A stretch of DNA of 64,000 nt from Candidatus Moraniibacteriota bacterium (GTDB taxonomy: Bacteria; Patescibacteriota; Minisyncoccia; Moranbacterales; UBA1568): contig JAQTRS010000002.1 of NCBI GenBank assembly GCA_028711705.1, positions 9,617-73,616 of the forward strand, in the 5' to 3' direction. The notes under the pieces were generated by a model. That model saw only the letters and a list, made by a program, of their open reading frames with translations, searched no databases and was not told where the DNA came from. The position numbers were made by a program, and so were the translations under genes. Shown one piece after another: positions 1-10,081 of the stretch (position 1 is the stretch's first letter; the number at the start of each line of letters is the position of its first letter).

Positions 1-165
1 GCTCAGGGGCTTCCTGTGCATGTTCTTGGACAAGAACACCGCAGCGACTCTCTGCAAGATGCCTTCCAGACGGCTGCCACCATCGAGGATTTGCTTCTCG
101 AAGCTGGCAATGAAGTTGTCATGGAATCTGATGATAATACCGGTATCATCATCAGCGTGCGCTAG
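1..165 (+). CDS. 3' end of a hypothetical protein (truncated by window edge)
   Basis: Frame +1 is open from base 1 (AQGLPVHVLG...GIIISVR) to TAG at 163-165 and is followed by an intrinsic terminator. Confidence 0.6.
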   Translation, partial: AQGLPVHVLGQEHRSDSLQDAFQTAATIEDLLLEAGNEVVMESDDNTGIIISVR

Positions 166-196
166 CATGGAACGCAACGACCGTTTCCTCTGATAG

Positions 197-235
197 AAAA
201 CCGACTTACTCTTTACTGAGCTAAGCGGTTTTTTT
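197..235. terminator. Intrinsic terminator, possibly bidirectional
   Basis: AAAACCG...CGGTTTTTTT hairpin with flanking A and T tracts. Confidence 0.65.
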
Positions 236-352
236 ATTGTTTCGAAATAGACCTCGAAACAGTGTCTTTATTTTCGGATATATGAAAAGCGGCATCCTGT
301 ATGACAGAAGGCCACTTAATGTTTCAAATTCGTCACTTTTCTTATCTATGTT

Positions 353-508
353 TCAGATCCACCAATTCGGATCAGGAAACCAACGATCCTTTACTTGGCG
401 CAAACGATTTACCATGCCGCCCAACCAACTCGGCTGGTCTTTGCTTCCCAATAGCCTGTTCATCACAAGCCATATGAGAGCGATCTGTGATACGTTACCT
501 TTTTTCAT
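353..508 (-). CDS. Putative 51-aa Trp-rich small protein (MKKGNVSQIALIWLVMNRLLG...DPNWWI)
   Basis: Translated by hand; ATG at 508 follows purine-rich GGGGGAATGAG; lies between a predicted promoter (623-651) and terminator (197-235). Confidence 0.3.
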   Translation of the reverse strand: MKKGNVSQIALIWLVMNRLLGSKDQPSWLGGMVNRLRQVKDRWFPDPNWWI

Positions 509-622
509 CTCATTCCCCCGGTCGCATGAGGGATGTCTTTGGCACCCTCATGAAAAAAATATCTCCGCTCCCTGCCCCCTTGCACCCTACTTTGTATGCC
601 AATGCTCTTCCTGAATACCGCA

Positions 623-651
623 ACAGTAGCATATCTTTTTCATCCTGTCAA
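623..651 (-). promoter_or_regulatory. sigma70-type promoter
   Basis: Minus strand TTGACA-17 nt-TACTGT, with TG extended -10. Confidence 0.45.
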
Positions 652-653
652 TT

Positions 654-687
654 AAAAACCCCCAAGCAGAATTCTGCTTGGGGGTTT
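654..687 (-). terminator. Intrinsic terminator of the PIN-PhoH transcript
   Basis: Perfect stem AAACCCCCAAGCAG-aatt-CTGCTTGGGGGTTT, with a U tract on the minus strand. Confidence 0.8.
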
Positions 688-714
688 AGCCTCATAAGTC
701 ATTCAAAGTATTCA

Positions 715-828
715 CTACCAAATCCCAAGAGGGACATCGGTCGTTGCCGTAATGCAATCAGGAAGGAACATCGCCATATAAACGATGATCACCATCATCC
801 ATTCATTGATTTTTCTTAATGCCGCCAT
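715..828 (-). CDS. Putative 37-aa hydrophobic peptide (MAALRKINEWMMVIIVYMAMFLPDCITATTDVPLGIW)
   Basis: SD AAGGAG 8 nt before the ATG; starts just after the PIN-PhoH stop and ends before the terminator. Confidence 0.5.
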   Translation of the reverse strand: MAALRKINEWMMVIIVYMAMFLPDCITATTDVPLGIW

Positions 829-845
829 TTGCCGTACTCCTTATT

Positions 846-2318
846 TTACAACTCATCATTGGCGAAGTCTGCCAACCGACTGCGCTCACCTCTGCGCAAC
901 GTGATATGCGCACCATGTTTCCAGGCTTTGAAATGCTCCACAACATATGTCAATCCAGATGTGGTGGCGCTCAGATACGGCGTATCGATCTGGTCGAGGT
1001 TACCGATACAGATGATCTTCGTGCCAGGTCCCGCGCGGGTAATCAGCGTCTTCATTTGCTTTGACGTCAGATTCTGTGCCTCATCGACAATCAAAAACCG
1101 ATTGAGAAAGGTGCGCCCGCGCATAAAATTGAGCGAACGGATTTTAACACGGTTCATCAGAATATTTTTGGATGCGCCTTGTTCCCATTCACCCTGACCC
1201 AGACGGCTTCCCAAAAGTTCCAGATTGTCCATAAGCGCCCCCATCCATGGTGCCATCTTATCTTCTTCGGTGCCGGGCAAGAACCCGATATCTTCACCGA
1301 TAGGCACCGTTTCACGAGTCATGATGATCTCACTGTATACCTTTCTTTCCATCACCATAACCAGACCTGCGGCCAACGCGGTCAGAGTCTTGCCGGTACC
1401 GGCTGCACCCAGCAAGGTGACAAAATCGATTTCAGGGTCGAGCAACACATTGAGAGCAAAATTCTGCTCACGATTTTTCGCTGTAATACCCCATATATTA
1501 TGGTATTTCACGCGATAATCCTTCAACAGTTCAAGCACCGCGACATCTCCATCGATAGACCTGACAATAGCCTCAAACCCATCTTCATCCCCACCTTCAT
1601 CACCATCAGTATACACGAATTGATTGGGGTACCAATCAGTAACCATGGAATTCTGCAAACGATAAAACGTACGGTCCTTCTCCTTCCATGACTCCATCCT
1701 CGAACCGCATGTATCCCAAAAATCCCTATCCAGAACATAAGCTCCAGTATACAGCAGTTCCAGATCGCTCACAGACTGATCGCTATGATAATCTTCAGCC
1801 ATGATATCAAGCGTCGCAGCTTTGATGCGAGCGTTGATATCTTTTGAAACGAAAATCACATCCGAGTAACCGTTCTTGCACTGCAACAATGCCAATGCGG
1901 CACGCAAAATGACATTATCCGCAAGAATCTCTGAAAGCTCCTCAGGAATATTTTTCGTATCCGGTACCAGTCTTACTGTTTGGAATTTTAATTTTCCAGC
2001 ACATGGAAAGGTATCCGCTAGATTTACATTACCAAGAGGGAGTCCTTGTTTCAATGATGCTGCACTATGCCCGATAGCCAAATCACCAAGGAGGCGAATC
2101 ACTTGCCGTGCATTACGCGCAGCGTCAGGAGCACCCTTCTTCTTTAGATGGTCAAGTTCCTCCAGTACTTGTGTCAGAATAATAACGTCGTGTTCCTTGA
2201 ACCGACAAATAGACCACGGATCATGTATCAGGACACTGGTGTCCAATACATATAATTTAGGCTTTACCGTCGTCATCACACCAGGTACATCACGCTCTAC
2301 AGACGCAACGCCACTCAT
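846..2318 (-). CDS. PIN-PhoH family protein (PhoH2/YlaK-like RNase-ATPase)
   Basis: N-terminal PIN motifs (YVLDTSVLIHD, EELD, DNVIL, SKD) plus PhoH ATPase motifs (GAAGTGKT, RGRT, IVDEAQN, GNLDQID, RGERS). Confidence 0.93.
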   Translation of the reverse strand: MSGVASVERDVPGVMTTVKPKLYVLDTSVLIHDPWSICRFKEHDVIILTQVLEELDHLKKKGAPDAARNARQVIRLLGDLAIGHSAASLKQGLPLGNVNLADTFPCAGKLKFQTVRLVPDTKNIPEELSEILADNVILRAALALLQCKNGYSDVIFVSKDINARIKAATLDIMAEDYHSDQSVSDLELLYTGAYVLDRDFWDTCGSRMESWKEKDRTFYRLQNSMVTDWYPNQFVYTDGDEGGDEDGFEAIVRSIDGDVAVLELLKDYRVKYHNIWGITAKNREQNFALNVLLDPEIDFVTLLGAAGTGKTLTALAAGLVMVMERKVYSEIIMTRETVPIGEDIGFLPGTEEDKMAPWMGALMDNLELLGSRLGQGEWEQGASKNILMNRVKIRSLNFMRGRTFLNRFLIVDEAQNLTSKQMKTLITRAGPGTKIICIGNLDQIDTPYLSATTSGLTYVVEHFKAWKHGAHITLRRGERSRLADFANDEL

Positions 2319-2325
2319 ACCATTC

Positions 2326-2428
2326 TCCTACTCTATTCACTATTGTCAAAGTGCAACCGCACGATGACGGTTCTTGCCGCCTTTTCAAAGCGACACCCTA
2401 TCTTAATACGCTTTTGCATAAAAAGCAA
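2326..2428 (-). promoter_or_regulatory. Leader cassette: promoter, two hairpins, boxA-like GCACTTTGACAA (2343-2354), SD
   Basis: TTGCTT-17-TAAGAT; hairpins TGTCGCTT/AGGCGGCA and AACCG/CGGTT; SD AGGAG. Confidence 0.5.
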
Positions 2429-2480
2429 GTGTCTTCCGTTTTGCGAAAAACCCTTTGAAAAACCTCTTGATTCAGAAGCT

Positions 2481-2933
2481 CTACATCTCACCCCCGCCGT
2501 TCTCGATAACGATTCTCCTTCGCGTCTCATCCAGCCACTGGAGCGATAGGGAAATCGCGCTCTCGGGGATAATATCCGCGATGCGCTCCGGCCACTCGGC
2601 AATGACGATGCCGGCCGGATCCTCCATCCATTCTTCCCAGCCGATCGAAAGCATTTCCTGCGTGCCGATGCGATAGGCATCCGCATGATACGCCCGCCTG
2701 ATGCCTTTATGTGCCTCGGGCGAAATGTCATACTGCTTCATGATCACAAACGTCGGGCTCGTGTAGGGCCCCGCCACACCAAGGCCCGAAAGAAGCCCTT
2801 GTGTCAATGTGGTCTTGCCGGCACCCAAGTCCCCGGACAATGCGATCACTGCTCCAGAGGAAAGCCTTGCGGCAAGCTTTTGTCCGAAGCGTATGGTTTC
2901 CTCTTTGGATGTCGTGATGATTTCTTGTCTCAT
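2481..2933 (-). CDS. tsaE: tRNA t6A biosynthesis ATPase TsaE
   Basis: GDLGAGKT P-loop, TSPTF, HADAYR, EW motifs; 150 aa. Confidence 0.95.
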   Translation of the reverse strand: MRQEIITTSKEETIRFGQKLAARLSSGAVIALSGDLGAGKTTLTQGLLSGLGVAGPYTSPTFVIMKQYDISPEAHKGIRRAYHADAYRIGTQEMLSIGWEEWMEDPAGIVIAEWPERIADIIPESAISLSLQWLDETRRRIVIENGGGEM

Positions 2934-3081
2934 ATGCTCCGTATCCTACACGAGAATCTCCCTTTGTGCAAACAAAATAGGCCTTATAGGGTGATTTGAC
3001 ACTCCCTTGCCTTTTTGGTAACCTGAATTACTGTACTGAAACGAAAAGGATATCCGTAAACCGCTATTTCCCATTCTTCCC

Positions 3082-4227
3082 ATGTCCCTGACGCCCCAAC
3101 AACAATTCCAAAAACTCATCCGTGAATCACAAGATATCCTTATCCTTCTTCCTCATTATCTCAATGGAGACGCCCTGACTTCCGCATGGGCCCTTGCCCG
3201 CCTTTTGGAAAAACAGGAAAAGAATGCGACCATCGCAGCCGATATGCTTTTCAAGCACACCGATCAATACCCTTTCCTCACAAAACCGCAAAAGCTCGTC
3301 GAGACGCTTTCCGGCGCCCGCGACTTCATCGTGTCTTTCAATACCAAATACAATAAGATCCAAGCCATCCGCAGCGAAGAAGAGGCGCAGGAATACCGAA
3401 TCTATGTCACGCCCGAACATGGATCCATCAACCCTCGGGATTTTTCATTCATCCCCGCGCAATTCAAGTTCGACCTCGTCGTCGTCTTGGGATCACCCGA
3501 CAAGGAATCGCTCGGCAAACTCTATGAAGATAATGCGGATATTTTTTACGAAGTGCCTGTCATCAATATCGATCACCATGCCAAGAACGACAACTTCGGC
3601 CAGCTCAATGTGGCAGATATCAATGCGTCTTCGACAGCGGAGGTTCTTGCACAGCTTCTGAGCGCCACGCACGCCGAATGGATGGACGAGGACATCGCCG
3701 AGTGCCTACTTACCGGCATCATCAGCGCCACCGAAAGCTTCCAGAAAAAGAACACCACTCCCAAAGCCCTCCACATCGCCTCATGGCTCATGGATCAAGG
3801 CGCCAACCAACAAAAGATCGTCCAGCACCTCTACAAAACCCAGCCGCTTCACCTCCTTAAGCTCTGGGGCCGTATCATGGCGGAACTCAAATGGGACGAA
3901 ACCACCAAACTCATCTGGGCACCGGTCACACCAGGCGACCTTGCCGCCAGCCACGCGCAGGACGATGATCTTCCTTCCATCTTGGAAAAGATCAAGACCC
4001 ACTATTCCACCGGATCCTTTTTCCTCATCCTTTTTCAGGAAACTCCCGAAACTATCCACGGCATCATGAAGGCTGGCTCCCCCGAAGCCCTCACCATCCT
4101 CGCCACCCTCTGGCAGGAAGGCGAAATCAACGACGACACCTTCATCTTCCCTCTCCACCACGCACAGATGGCCACCGCCGAACAGGAAATCATCAGCAAA
4201 CTCGCCGCTTTACTGGCAACGAAATAA
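3082..4227 (+). CDS. DHH-family phosphoesterase-like protein (NrnA-like, degenerate motifs)
   Basis: INIDHH motif, SSTAE, LLTGIIS(A)T; the Asp residues of motifs I, II and IV are substituted. Confidence 0.8.
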   Translation: MSLTPQQQFQKLIRESQDILILLPHYLNGDALTSAWALARLLEKQEKNATIAADMLFKHTDQYPFLTKPQKLVETLSGARDFIVSFNTKYNKIQAIRSEEEAQEYRIYVTPEHGSINPRDFSFIPAQFKFDLVVVLGSPDKESLGKLYEDNADIFYEVPVINIDHHAKNDNFGQLNVADINASSTAEVLAQLLSATHAEWMDEDIAECLLTGIISATESFQKKNTTPKALHIASWLMDQGANQQKIVQHLYKTQPLHLLKLWGRIMAELKWDETTKLIWAPVTPGDLAASHAQDDDLPSILEKIKTHYSTGSFFLILFQETPETIHGIMKAGSPEALTILATLWQEGEINDDTFIFPLHHAQMATAEQEIISKLAALLATK

Positions 4228-4252
4228 ACCGGCTATCTTCGCAAGCATATCA

Positions 4253-4291
4253 AAAAACAACACCCCGGACAGATACCCGGGGTGTTGTTTT
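4253..4291. terminator. Bidirectional intrinsic terminator between convergent genes
   Basis: AAACAACACCCCGG-loop-CCGGGGTGTTGTTT. Confidence 0.85.
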
Positions 4292-4303
4292 ATTCAGTTT
4301 CTC

Positions 4304-7132
4304 CTAGATATACTTCCCAGTGAAGCTCTTCTTGCATTTCTTAAGTCCTGATGGGATGCCTGCGTAGACGATTTCTCCCCCGCCCTCGCCGCCCTCGGGT
4401 CCAAGGTCAATCACCCAGTCGGCGTGCTTGATCACATCGGTATTGTGCTCGACCACAACAATCGTATTTCCCTTATCGGCCAGCGCGTCCAAAACGATCA
4501 AGAGTTTTCGCGTATCCTCAAAGTGCAAGCCGATAGTCGGCTCATCAAGAATATAGAGCGTCTTACCGGTCGATTTCCGAGCCAATTCCGTCGCCAGTTT
4601 CACTCGCTGCGCTTCACCTCCCGAAAGGGCCGTGGCGCTCTGGCCGAGAATCAGATAGCCTAATCCCACTTCATCCAGCGCCCGCAGTTTCTCTTGAATC
4701 AGCGCATGGTCGCAGAAAAAGCTGCGCGCCTCGGAAACGGTCATATTGAGCACCTGGGATATATTCATCCCCCGATACTCTATAGCCAGTGTCTTTGCAT
4801 TGTAGCGCGTCCCTTGGCACTCCTCGCAGTCGACATAGACATCGGCCAGAAGATACATCTCCACCTTGCGCACCCCGCCACCCTGACAGACCTCGCAGCG
4901 GCCGCCGCGCATATTGAAACTGAAGTGGCTGGCATCATAGCCATCGCGCTTCGCCTCGGCCGTCTCGGCGAACAGATCGCGAATCGGAGAAAAAACCCCG
5001 GTATAGGTCGCGGCATTGGAACGCGGCGTGCGGCCGATCGGCGATTGGTTCACCGTAATCACCTTGTCGATATGCTGCAATCCGGTGATAGTCTTGTGCG
5101 TACCCACCCGCGTCTTGGCCTGATAGAAGTGTCTGGCCAAACTCTTGGAGAGGATGTCCTTAATCAGGGACGACTTTCCCGATCCGGACACGCCCGACAC
5201 CACCACGAATGCCTCCAGCGGTATCTGCACATCGACGTTTTTGAGATTATGCTCGGTGGCCCCGATAATCGATATGAATTTCTTCGCCTTGCGCGGCTTC
5301 CTGTTTTCCGGAGACACACTGATTTTTCCGGACAGGTATTGGCCCGTCAAACTCTTGGACTGCCACAGTTTCTTGGGCGTTCCCGAAAAGATCACCTCTC
5401 CCCCCTCGCGGCCCGCGCCCGGTCCCATATCCACGATCCAATCCGAAGCGGCCATGAGTGCCGGCTCATGTTCCACCACCACCAATGAATTCCCGTTTTC
5501 CCGAAGCGATTGGAGCGCGTGCACGAGCTTTTCCGTGTCGCGGCTATGCAGTCCGACGGACGGTTCGTCCAACACATACAAGATTCCCGTCAGATCCGAC
5601 TTCATCTGGATCGCCAAGCGGATACGCTGCGCTTCCCCGCCCGAAAGCGTTTCCGCACTACGGAAAATTTCAAGATACCCCAGTCCCACTTTTTCCACAG
5701 CCAAAAGACGCATATCCATTTCCTTGAGCAGGGTCGTCATAGCGTTTTTCAAATCTTTGGAAACTGTTTTGACCAGCATCTCCGAAAGACGCTGACGGAA
5801 AGCAGTCACACTGAGCGCCGCCATATCGTGGATAGAGCAATCCTCGATCAGAACCGAAAGGGATTCCTGTTTCAATCGCTTGCCTTGGCACGACGGACAG
5901 GTCCGCACGAGCATATACTTCTCGATCTCTTTGCGCAGGTGTTCCGATTTCGTCTCCTTGTGCTTCTTCTCCAATAACGGAACGATGCCGACAAACATCG
6001 CCTTCTGCTCCGCGGGCGAAAGCTTTTCTTTGCTTTTCAAAACCGCTTCTTCCCCATACAAAAGAATCTTCAGATGCTTGGCCGAGAATTTCTTGATCGG
6101 CGTCTTCATCGAAAAACCGCAACGTTCGGCAGCATCACGCAGGACGCTGAGCTGTCCTGTCTGCACCTGGCGCCCTTCGCTCGTCTTATTCCACGGACGT
6201 ATCGCTCCTTCAAGCAAAGATAGATTCTTGTTCGGGATGATAAGCTCCGGATCGAGCTCGAGCTTCACGCCCAGCCCCGAGCACGTTTCGCACGCACCTT
6301 CCGGACTGTTGAACGAAAAGATATTCGGCGCCAGTTCCGGCAGATGAACATCGCAGGCATGACAAACATATTCCTGACTGTACCAGTATTCTTCTTTTTC
6401 ATTCACCAAGAGGGTGAGCGCGCCATGCCCCAATTTGAAGGCCGTCTCGATAGAATCGAGCAGTCGCTCCTTGTCTGGTTTTTTCGTATCCAAAGTCAGC
6501 CGATCCACCGCTATCTCCATTTCGGAAAGCAGCATATCCGACGCATGCGGCAGCGCTTCGGAAATGAGCATAATCTGGCCATGGAAACGCACGCGGGCAT
6601 AGCCCCACTGCTCCACCTGTTTAAGCGCCTCCTTTTCCGTCTTTTTGAGCGTCTGCGGAAGCTTGGCAAGGAAAATGAAGAAGGTATTGTCCGGAAAATC
6701 CAAAATTTCCGCCAGGATTTCCTGACTGGTCTTTCGATGCAGCATACTGTGGCACTGCGGGCAATGCGGCACACCGGTCTTGGCATACAAAACACGGAGG
6801 TAATCATACACTTCGGTCAGGGTTCCCACGGTCGAACGCGGCGAACGGGAAATACTTTTCTGATCGATGGCGATCGCCGGACTTAAGTGATACATCGCGT
6901 CCACGTCGGGCTTGCCCAAAGATTCCATGAAGTTCCTCGCGTACGAGGAGAGCGACTCCATGTACCGCCTGTTGGATTCGGCATAGATCGTGTCGAAAGC
7001 CAAGGAAGATTTTCCCGAACCGGAAAGGCCGGTGATAACCACGAGCGAATCACGCGGGATTTCGACATCGATATTCTTGAGATTGTTGACACGGGCGCCC
7101 TTGATGATGATGTTATTATTTTTCTTTGCCAT
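4304..7132 (-). CDS. uvrA: Excinuclease ABC subunit A (942 aa; divergent copy with insertion domain)
   Basis: Two ABC modules (GLSGSGKSS / [21 protein letters not shown]), Zn fingers, [18 protein letters not shown]. Confidence 0.95.
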   Translation of the reverse strand: MAKKNNNIIIKGARVNNLKNIDVEIPRDSLVVITGLSGSGKSSLAFDTIYAESNRRYMESLSSYARNFMESLGKPDVDAMYHLSPAIAIDQKSISRSPRSTVGTLTEVYDYLRVLYAKTGVPHCPQCHSMLHRKTSQEILAEILDFPDNTFFIFLAKLPQTLKKTEKEALKQVEQWGYARVRFHGQIMLISEALPHASDMLLSEMEIAVDRLTLDTKKPDKERLLDSIETAFKLGHGALTLLVNEKEEYWYSQEYVCHACDVHLPELAPNIFSFNSPEGACETCSGLGVKLELDPELIIPNKNLSLLEGAIRPWNKTSEGRQVQTGQLSVLRDAAERCGFSMKTPIKKFSAKHLKILLYGEEAVLKSKEKLSPAEQKAMFVGIVPLLEKKHKETKSEHLRKEIEKYMLVRTCPSCQGKRLKQESLSVLIEDCSIHDMAALSVTAFRQRLSEMLVKTVSKDLKNAMTTLLKEMDMRLLAVEKVGLGYLEIFRSAETLSGGEAQRIRLAIQMKSDLTGILYVLDEPSVGLHSRDTEKLVHALQSLRENGNSLVVVEHEPALMAASDWIVDMGPGAGREGGEVIFSGTPKKLWQSKSLTGQYLSGKISVSPENRKPRKAKKFISIIGATEHNLKNVDVQIPLEAFVVVSGVSGSGKSSLIKDILSKSLARHFYQAKTRVGTHKTITGLQHIDKVITVNQSPIGRTPRSNAATYTGVFSPIRDLFAETAEAKRDGYDASHFSFNMRGGRCEVCQGGGVRKVEMYLLADVYVDCEECQGTRYNAKTLAIEYRGMNISQVLNMTVSEARSFFCDHALIQEKLRALDEVGLGYLILGQSATALSGGEAQRVKLATELARKSTGKTLYILDEPTIGLHFEDTRKLLIVLDALADKGNTIVVVEHNTDVIKHADWVIDLGPEGGEGGGEIVYAGIPSGLKKCKKSFTGKYI

Positions 7133-7287
7133 AATATAGTGAAGTGTGATAACTCTAAAACGATCGTCATACCCTTTGCCGTACCCCTCTCATATGACAA
7201 AGCAAGATTGGTATCAATCATACACCATTTTTTCCAGTTTGTAAAACCATTGCGCGCCCGTGTATGAAATGCATTTATTTAAAAAGC

Positions 7288-7322
7288 AAAAAACCCGCAT
7301 ACCGATACTATCGATATGCGGG
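7288..7322 (-). terminator. Intrinsic terminator after the zinc-ribbon gene
   Basis: Minus strand CCCGCATATCGAT-agt-ATCGGTATGCGGG followed by TTTTTT. Confidence 0.75.
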
Positions 7323-7334
7323 CCATATGCCTTA

Positions 7335-8588
7335 TCAGGCATTTGCCTCTTTCTTCCTTCTTCCTTTCGTGTTCCTCGCGCATTCCGGGCAACCCCTCCC
7401 GGCAAGACGATTATGTCCCGTCGCCCGGTATTCGTGTCCGCATGATTTCACCGGGCATTTCCACCACAAAAGCCGAGTCGTCCCGGCAAACACCTCCCAA
7501 ACATGCTTCGTGTTCCTCCTAGCATACTCGCTTGCCAATGCGGGATGTGTGAAAGACAGATTGTTTGTGGGCGTCAGCACCCGATGCGAACATGCCGGGC
7601 AACCGCCGCCATCGAACCGCGTGACTCCCAACGATTCCCATTCATACTCGCAGGTCCTGCATTTCCACCAAAACCGCTTGCTCGGATGAGGGCACACCTC
7701 GGTGGCCTGCTTCTCATTCTTTTCGGAATACTCCGCTGCCAATTTTGGATACTTCGCGGCAAGATTATTGGTGGAGGTCACGACACGGAAAGCGCAAGCG
7801 GGGCATTTGGTCTTATCCTTCAATGGCCACTGATAGCGACATTCATTACATTCCTGCAATGTTGCCGATACCGGTGTCGCATTGACCTTGGGTTTTCGCC
7901 CTTCCTTAAGCTTTTGCTTATACTGAGCACTGGCCACCCGTTTAGACAGAGTCTTCAGGTCATCGCCATCCTTCACACTCAGGCCTGCTGCACGAAGCTT
8001 TTGTTTCGCAAGTTTCAGTTTCAACTTCAGCTTCGATCGAGGTTTGGGCCTGGGTCTGGGTTTGATCTTGGGCCTCAGTTTGGGTTTGGACACCGGCTTA
8101 GGTTTTCGCCCGGGCTTTTTCTTAGGCCTGGGTTCGGGTTTTGGCTTGGGTTCAGGTTTTACTCTGGGCTCCGGCGCCGATTTCGGTTTCTTCTCCTTTT
8201 TTTGCACCGGCTTGGGTTTTGGTTTCGGTTTGGGCTCAGGTTTTGGTTTCGTTTTCCGTTCTTTCTTCACTCGAGGTTTTGCGTCAGCGCTTTTAGTACG
8301 TTTCCTTTTTACGAAACGCTTCTTGGAAGCCCGCGCTCCCGACTTGGTATCGGACCAGGAAACACTATGCAATGCGGCATCGTACTGCGCCGAGCGGCCG
8401 CTTGAATCGAATGTTTTCAGATACTCCCGAAACTCCCGCACGCAAAACGTCTTCATACCCCGTTCATTTTCATACACGAAATCCGAAGCGCCGAGCAATT
8501 GTGCCATTTCCAATAATGGCACGCCCTCCTCGGTAAGAGCCCTGATTTCCATGTCCGTTTCTTGCAAAATACTCAATGGACGATCCAT
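7335..8588 (-). CDS. Hypothetical protein with a Lys/Pro-rich linker and C-terminal tandem zinc-ribbon repeats (DUF4379-like)
   Basis: KPKP/KPEP repeats; repeated L...YP.LA.EY...N.....WWKC..C...GCP.C units; own SD and terminator. Confidence 0.8.
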   Translation of the reverse strand: MDRPLSILQETDMEIRALTEEGVPLLEMAQLLGASDFVYENERGMKTFCVREFREYLKTFDSSGRSAQYDAALHSVSWSDTKSGARASKKRFVKRKRTKSADAKPRVKKERKTKPKPEPKPKPKPKPVQKKEKKPKSAPEPRVKPEPKPKPEPRPKKKPGRKPKPVSKPKLRPKIKPRPRPKPRSKLKLKLKLAKQKLRAAGLSVKDGDDLKTLSKRVASAQYKQKLKEGRKPKVNATPVSATLQECNECRYQWPLKDKTKCPACAFRVVTSTNNLAAKYPKLAAEYSEKNEKQATEVCPHPSKRFWWKCRTCEYEWESLGVTRFDGGGCPACSHRVLTPTNNLSFTHPALASEYARRNTKHVWEVFAGTTRLLWWKCPVKSCGHEYRATGHNRLAGRGCPECARNTKGRRKKEANA

Positions 8589-8680
8589 AGGATACGCTCC
8601 CCTTTTGTCAGTGATTGATTTGTTAAGATGCTTCGCTTTTCATCCGCATATGGCATACTCGGATGATAAGGGATAGTACC

Positions 8681-9928
8681 TTATTTCTTGCCCTTCGTCA
8701 ATAAAAAGCTCTTGGCGCGGCGCTTGCGGTGGAAGGTGATGGCGAAGCGGTGCGCCTCGCTGTTGGCAAGCAAAATGGCATCGTGATATTTTTTTGCGAA
8801 CTCCCCTTCTCCCAGGATGCTTTTGGGATTATGGTGCTCGTCCTTCACCACGCCCACCACAGGGATAGCCATAGCGAATTGCTCAAGCACCGCATGCGCG
8901 ACGTTGATCTGCAGATCAAAACCGTCCACCACGATCAGATCGGGCATCCGCCATTCCGAATGCTTCAATCGCCGCATCAGTATTTCCTCGAGGTTCTTCA
9001 CATCGTTGTTGCGTTCTATCGAAAGCTTGAACTGCCGATATTCCTTCTTATCCGGCACTCCGCTCTCCAGCACCGTCATCACGCCCACCACATCACGTCC
9101 CGAAAGATGCGCCACATCATAGGCTTCGATGCGGAACGAATCCGCCGCATAGCTTTCGATCGCATCCTTGCGCAAGAGCGACACGTCATAGATATGGCTC
9201 AAAGCGAACAATGTTTTTTTGAGAGCCTGCGCCTTCTCGAATTCCAATCGCTTGGCATATTCCCCCATCTCCTTCTTCAGATACCTGACGATCATCGATT
9301 TCTTCCCCTCGAAAAAAAGCTTGATATTGCGGATGGTCTTGGCATAGTCTTTCGCCGTCACCGCACCGTCGCACACGCCTGGGCACAAGCCGAGCTGAGC
9401 ATTGAAGCACGGTTTTCCCGAAAGCGGTTTGCACGTGTCGCGATACGGGAAAATCTTGCGCACGATTTTCAACGCTTCCTTCAAAGAGCCTCCCTGCGGG
9501 AACGGCCCGAAGGTATACCTGATCTTCATATCCTTCTTGGCATCCATATCCCTCCCCCGCATGAGCAGCACGCGCGGAAAGGCCTCTTTGGTGATGACGA
9601 CGGAGTAGAAACTCTTATCGTCCTTCTCATCGGTGTTATAGGGCGGCTGATGCTTCTTGATGAGCGACGCTTCCAAAAGCAGCGCCTCCAATACCGAATC
9701 GGTCGTCTGCCACTTCAGGTCCGTCACCTTCTCAAGCATCGCCACGATCTTTGGTCCGCGGGTCGAGGAGATATCGTGCGAGAAATAGCTCCGCACCCGG
9801 GAACGGAGCGAGGTCGCCTTACCGATATACAGAATGCTCTTTCCTTCCATAAAGAAATACACCCCCGGGGTATCGGGAAGCTCTTTTTGAAACACCATTT
9901 CTTTTGTGTTGCCAAACTTCATTGACAT
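8681..9928 (-). CDS. uvrC: Excinuclease ABC subunit C (short form without C-terminal HhH domain)
   Basis: GIY-YIG (PGVYFF..ILYIGKA), four-Cys cluster, UVR domain (LEFEKA), RNase H-like domain (IEAYDVAH, PDLIVVDG, EAHRFA); exact start uncertain. Confidence 0.9.
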   Translation of the reverse strand: MSMKFGNTKEMVFQKELPDTPGVYFFMEGKSILYIGKATSLRSRVRSYFSHDISSTRGPKIVAMLEKVTDLKWQTTDSVLEALLLEASLIKKHQPPYNTDEKDDKSFYSVVITKEAFPRVLLMRGRDMDAKKDMKIRYTFGPFPQGGSLKEALKIVRKIFPYRDTCKPLSGKPCFNAQLGLCPGVCDGAVTAKDYAKTIRNIKLFFEGKKSMIVRYLKKEMGEYAKRLEFEKAQALKKTLFALSHIYDVSLLRKDAIESYAADSFRIEAYDVAHLSGRDVVGVMTVLESGVPDKKEYRQFKLSIERNNDVKNLEEILMRRLKHSEWRMPDLIVVDGFDLQINVAHAVLEQFAMAIPVVGVVKDEHHNPKSILGEGEFAKKYHDAILLANSEAHRFAITFHRKRRAKSFLLTKGKK

Positions 9929-9971
9929 AAATGCGGAAGTGTTATAGAATGCAGGAGCAGTTTTTTAACAA
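9922..9971 (+). promoter_or_regulatory. sigma70 promoter plus boxA-like GTTTTTTAACAA
   Basis: TTGACA-17-TAGAAT (9922-9950); motif at 9960-9971. Confidence 0.55.
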
Positions 9972-10081
9972 CCCTGGTTTGATTAAAGTTAATTAAACCA
10001 CATTATAGGAGAAATACGCAATATGATGCCCATTCGTTTGCAACGAGAAATCCACGTCTTTATAATAAAAGGAAAGAAAAA

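Noticed and set aside
7503-8676. Gly/Leu/Phe-repeat ORFs on the plus strand (7503-8405, 8044-8676)
   Set aside because: Antisense reading of the Lys/Pro repeat gene, which has the SD, terminator and zinc-ribbon motifs
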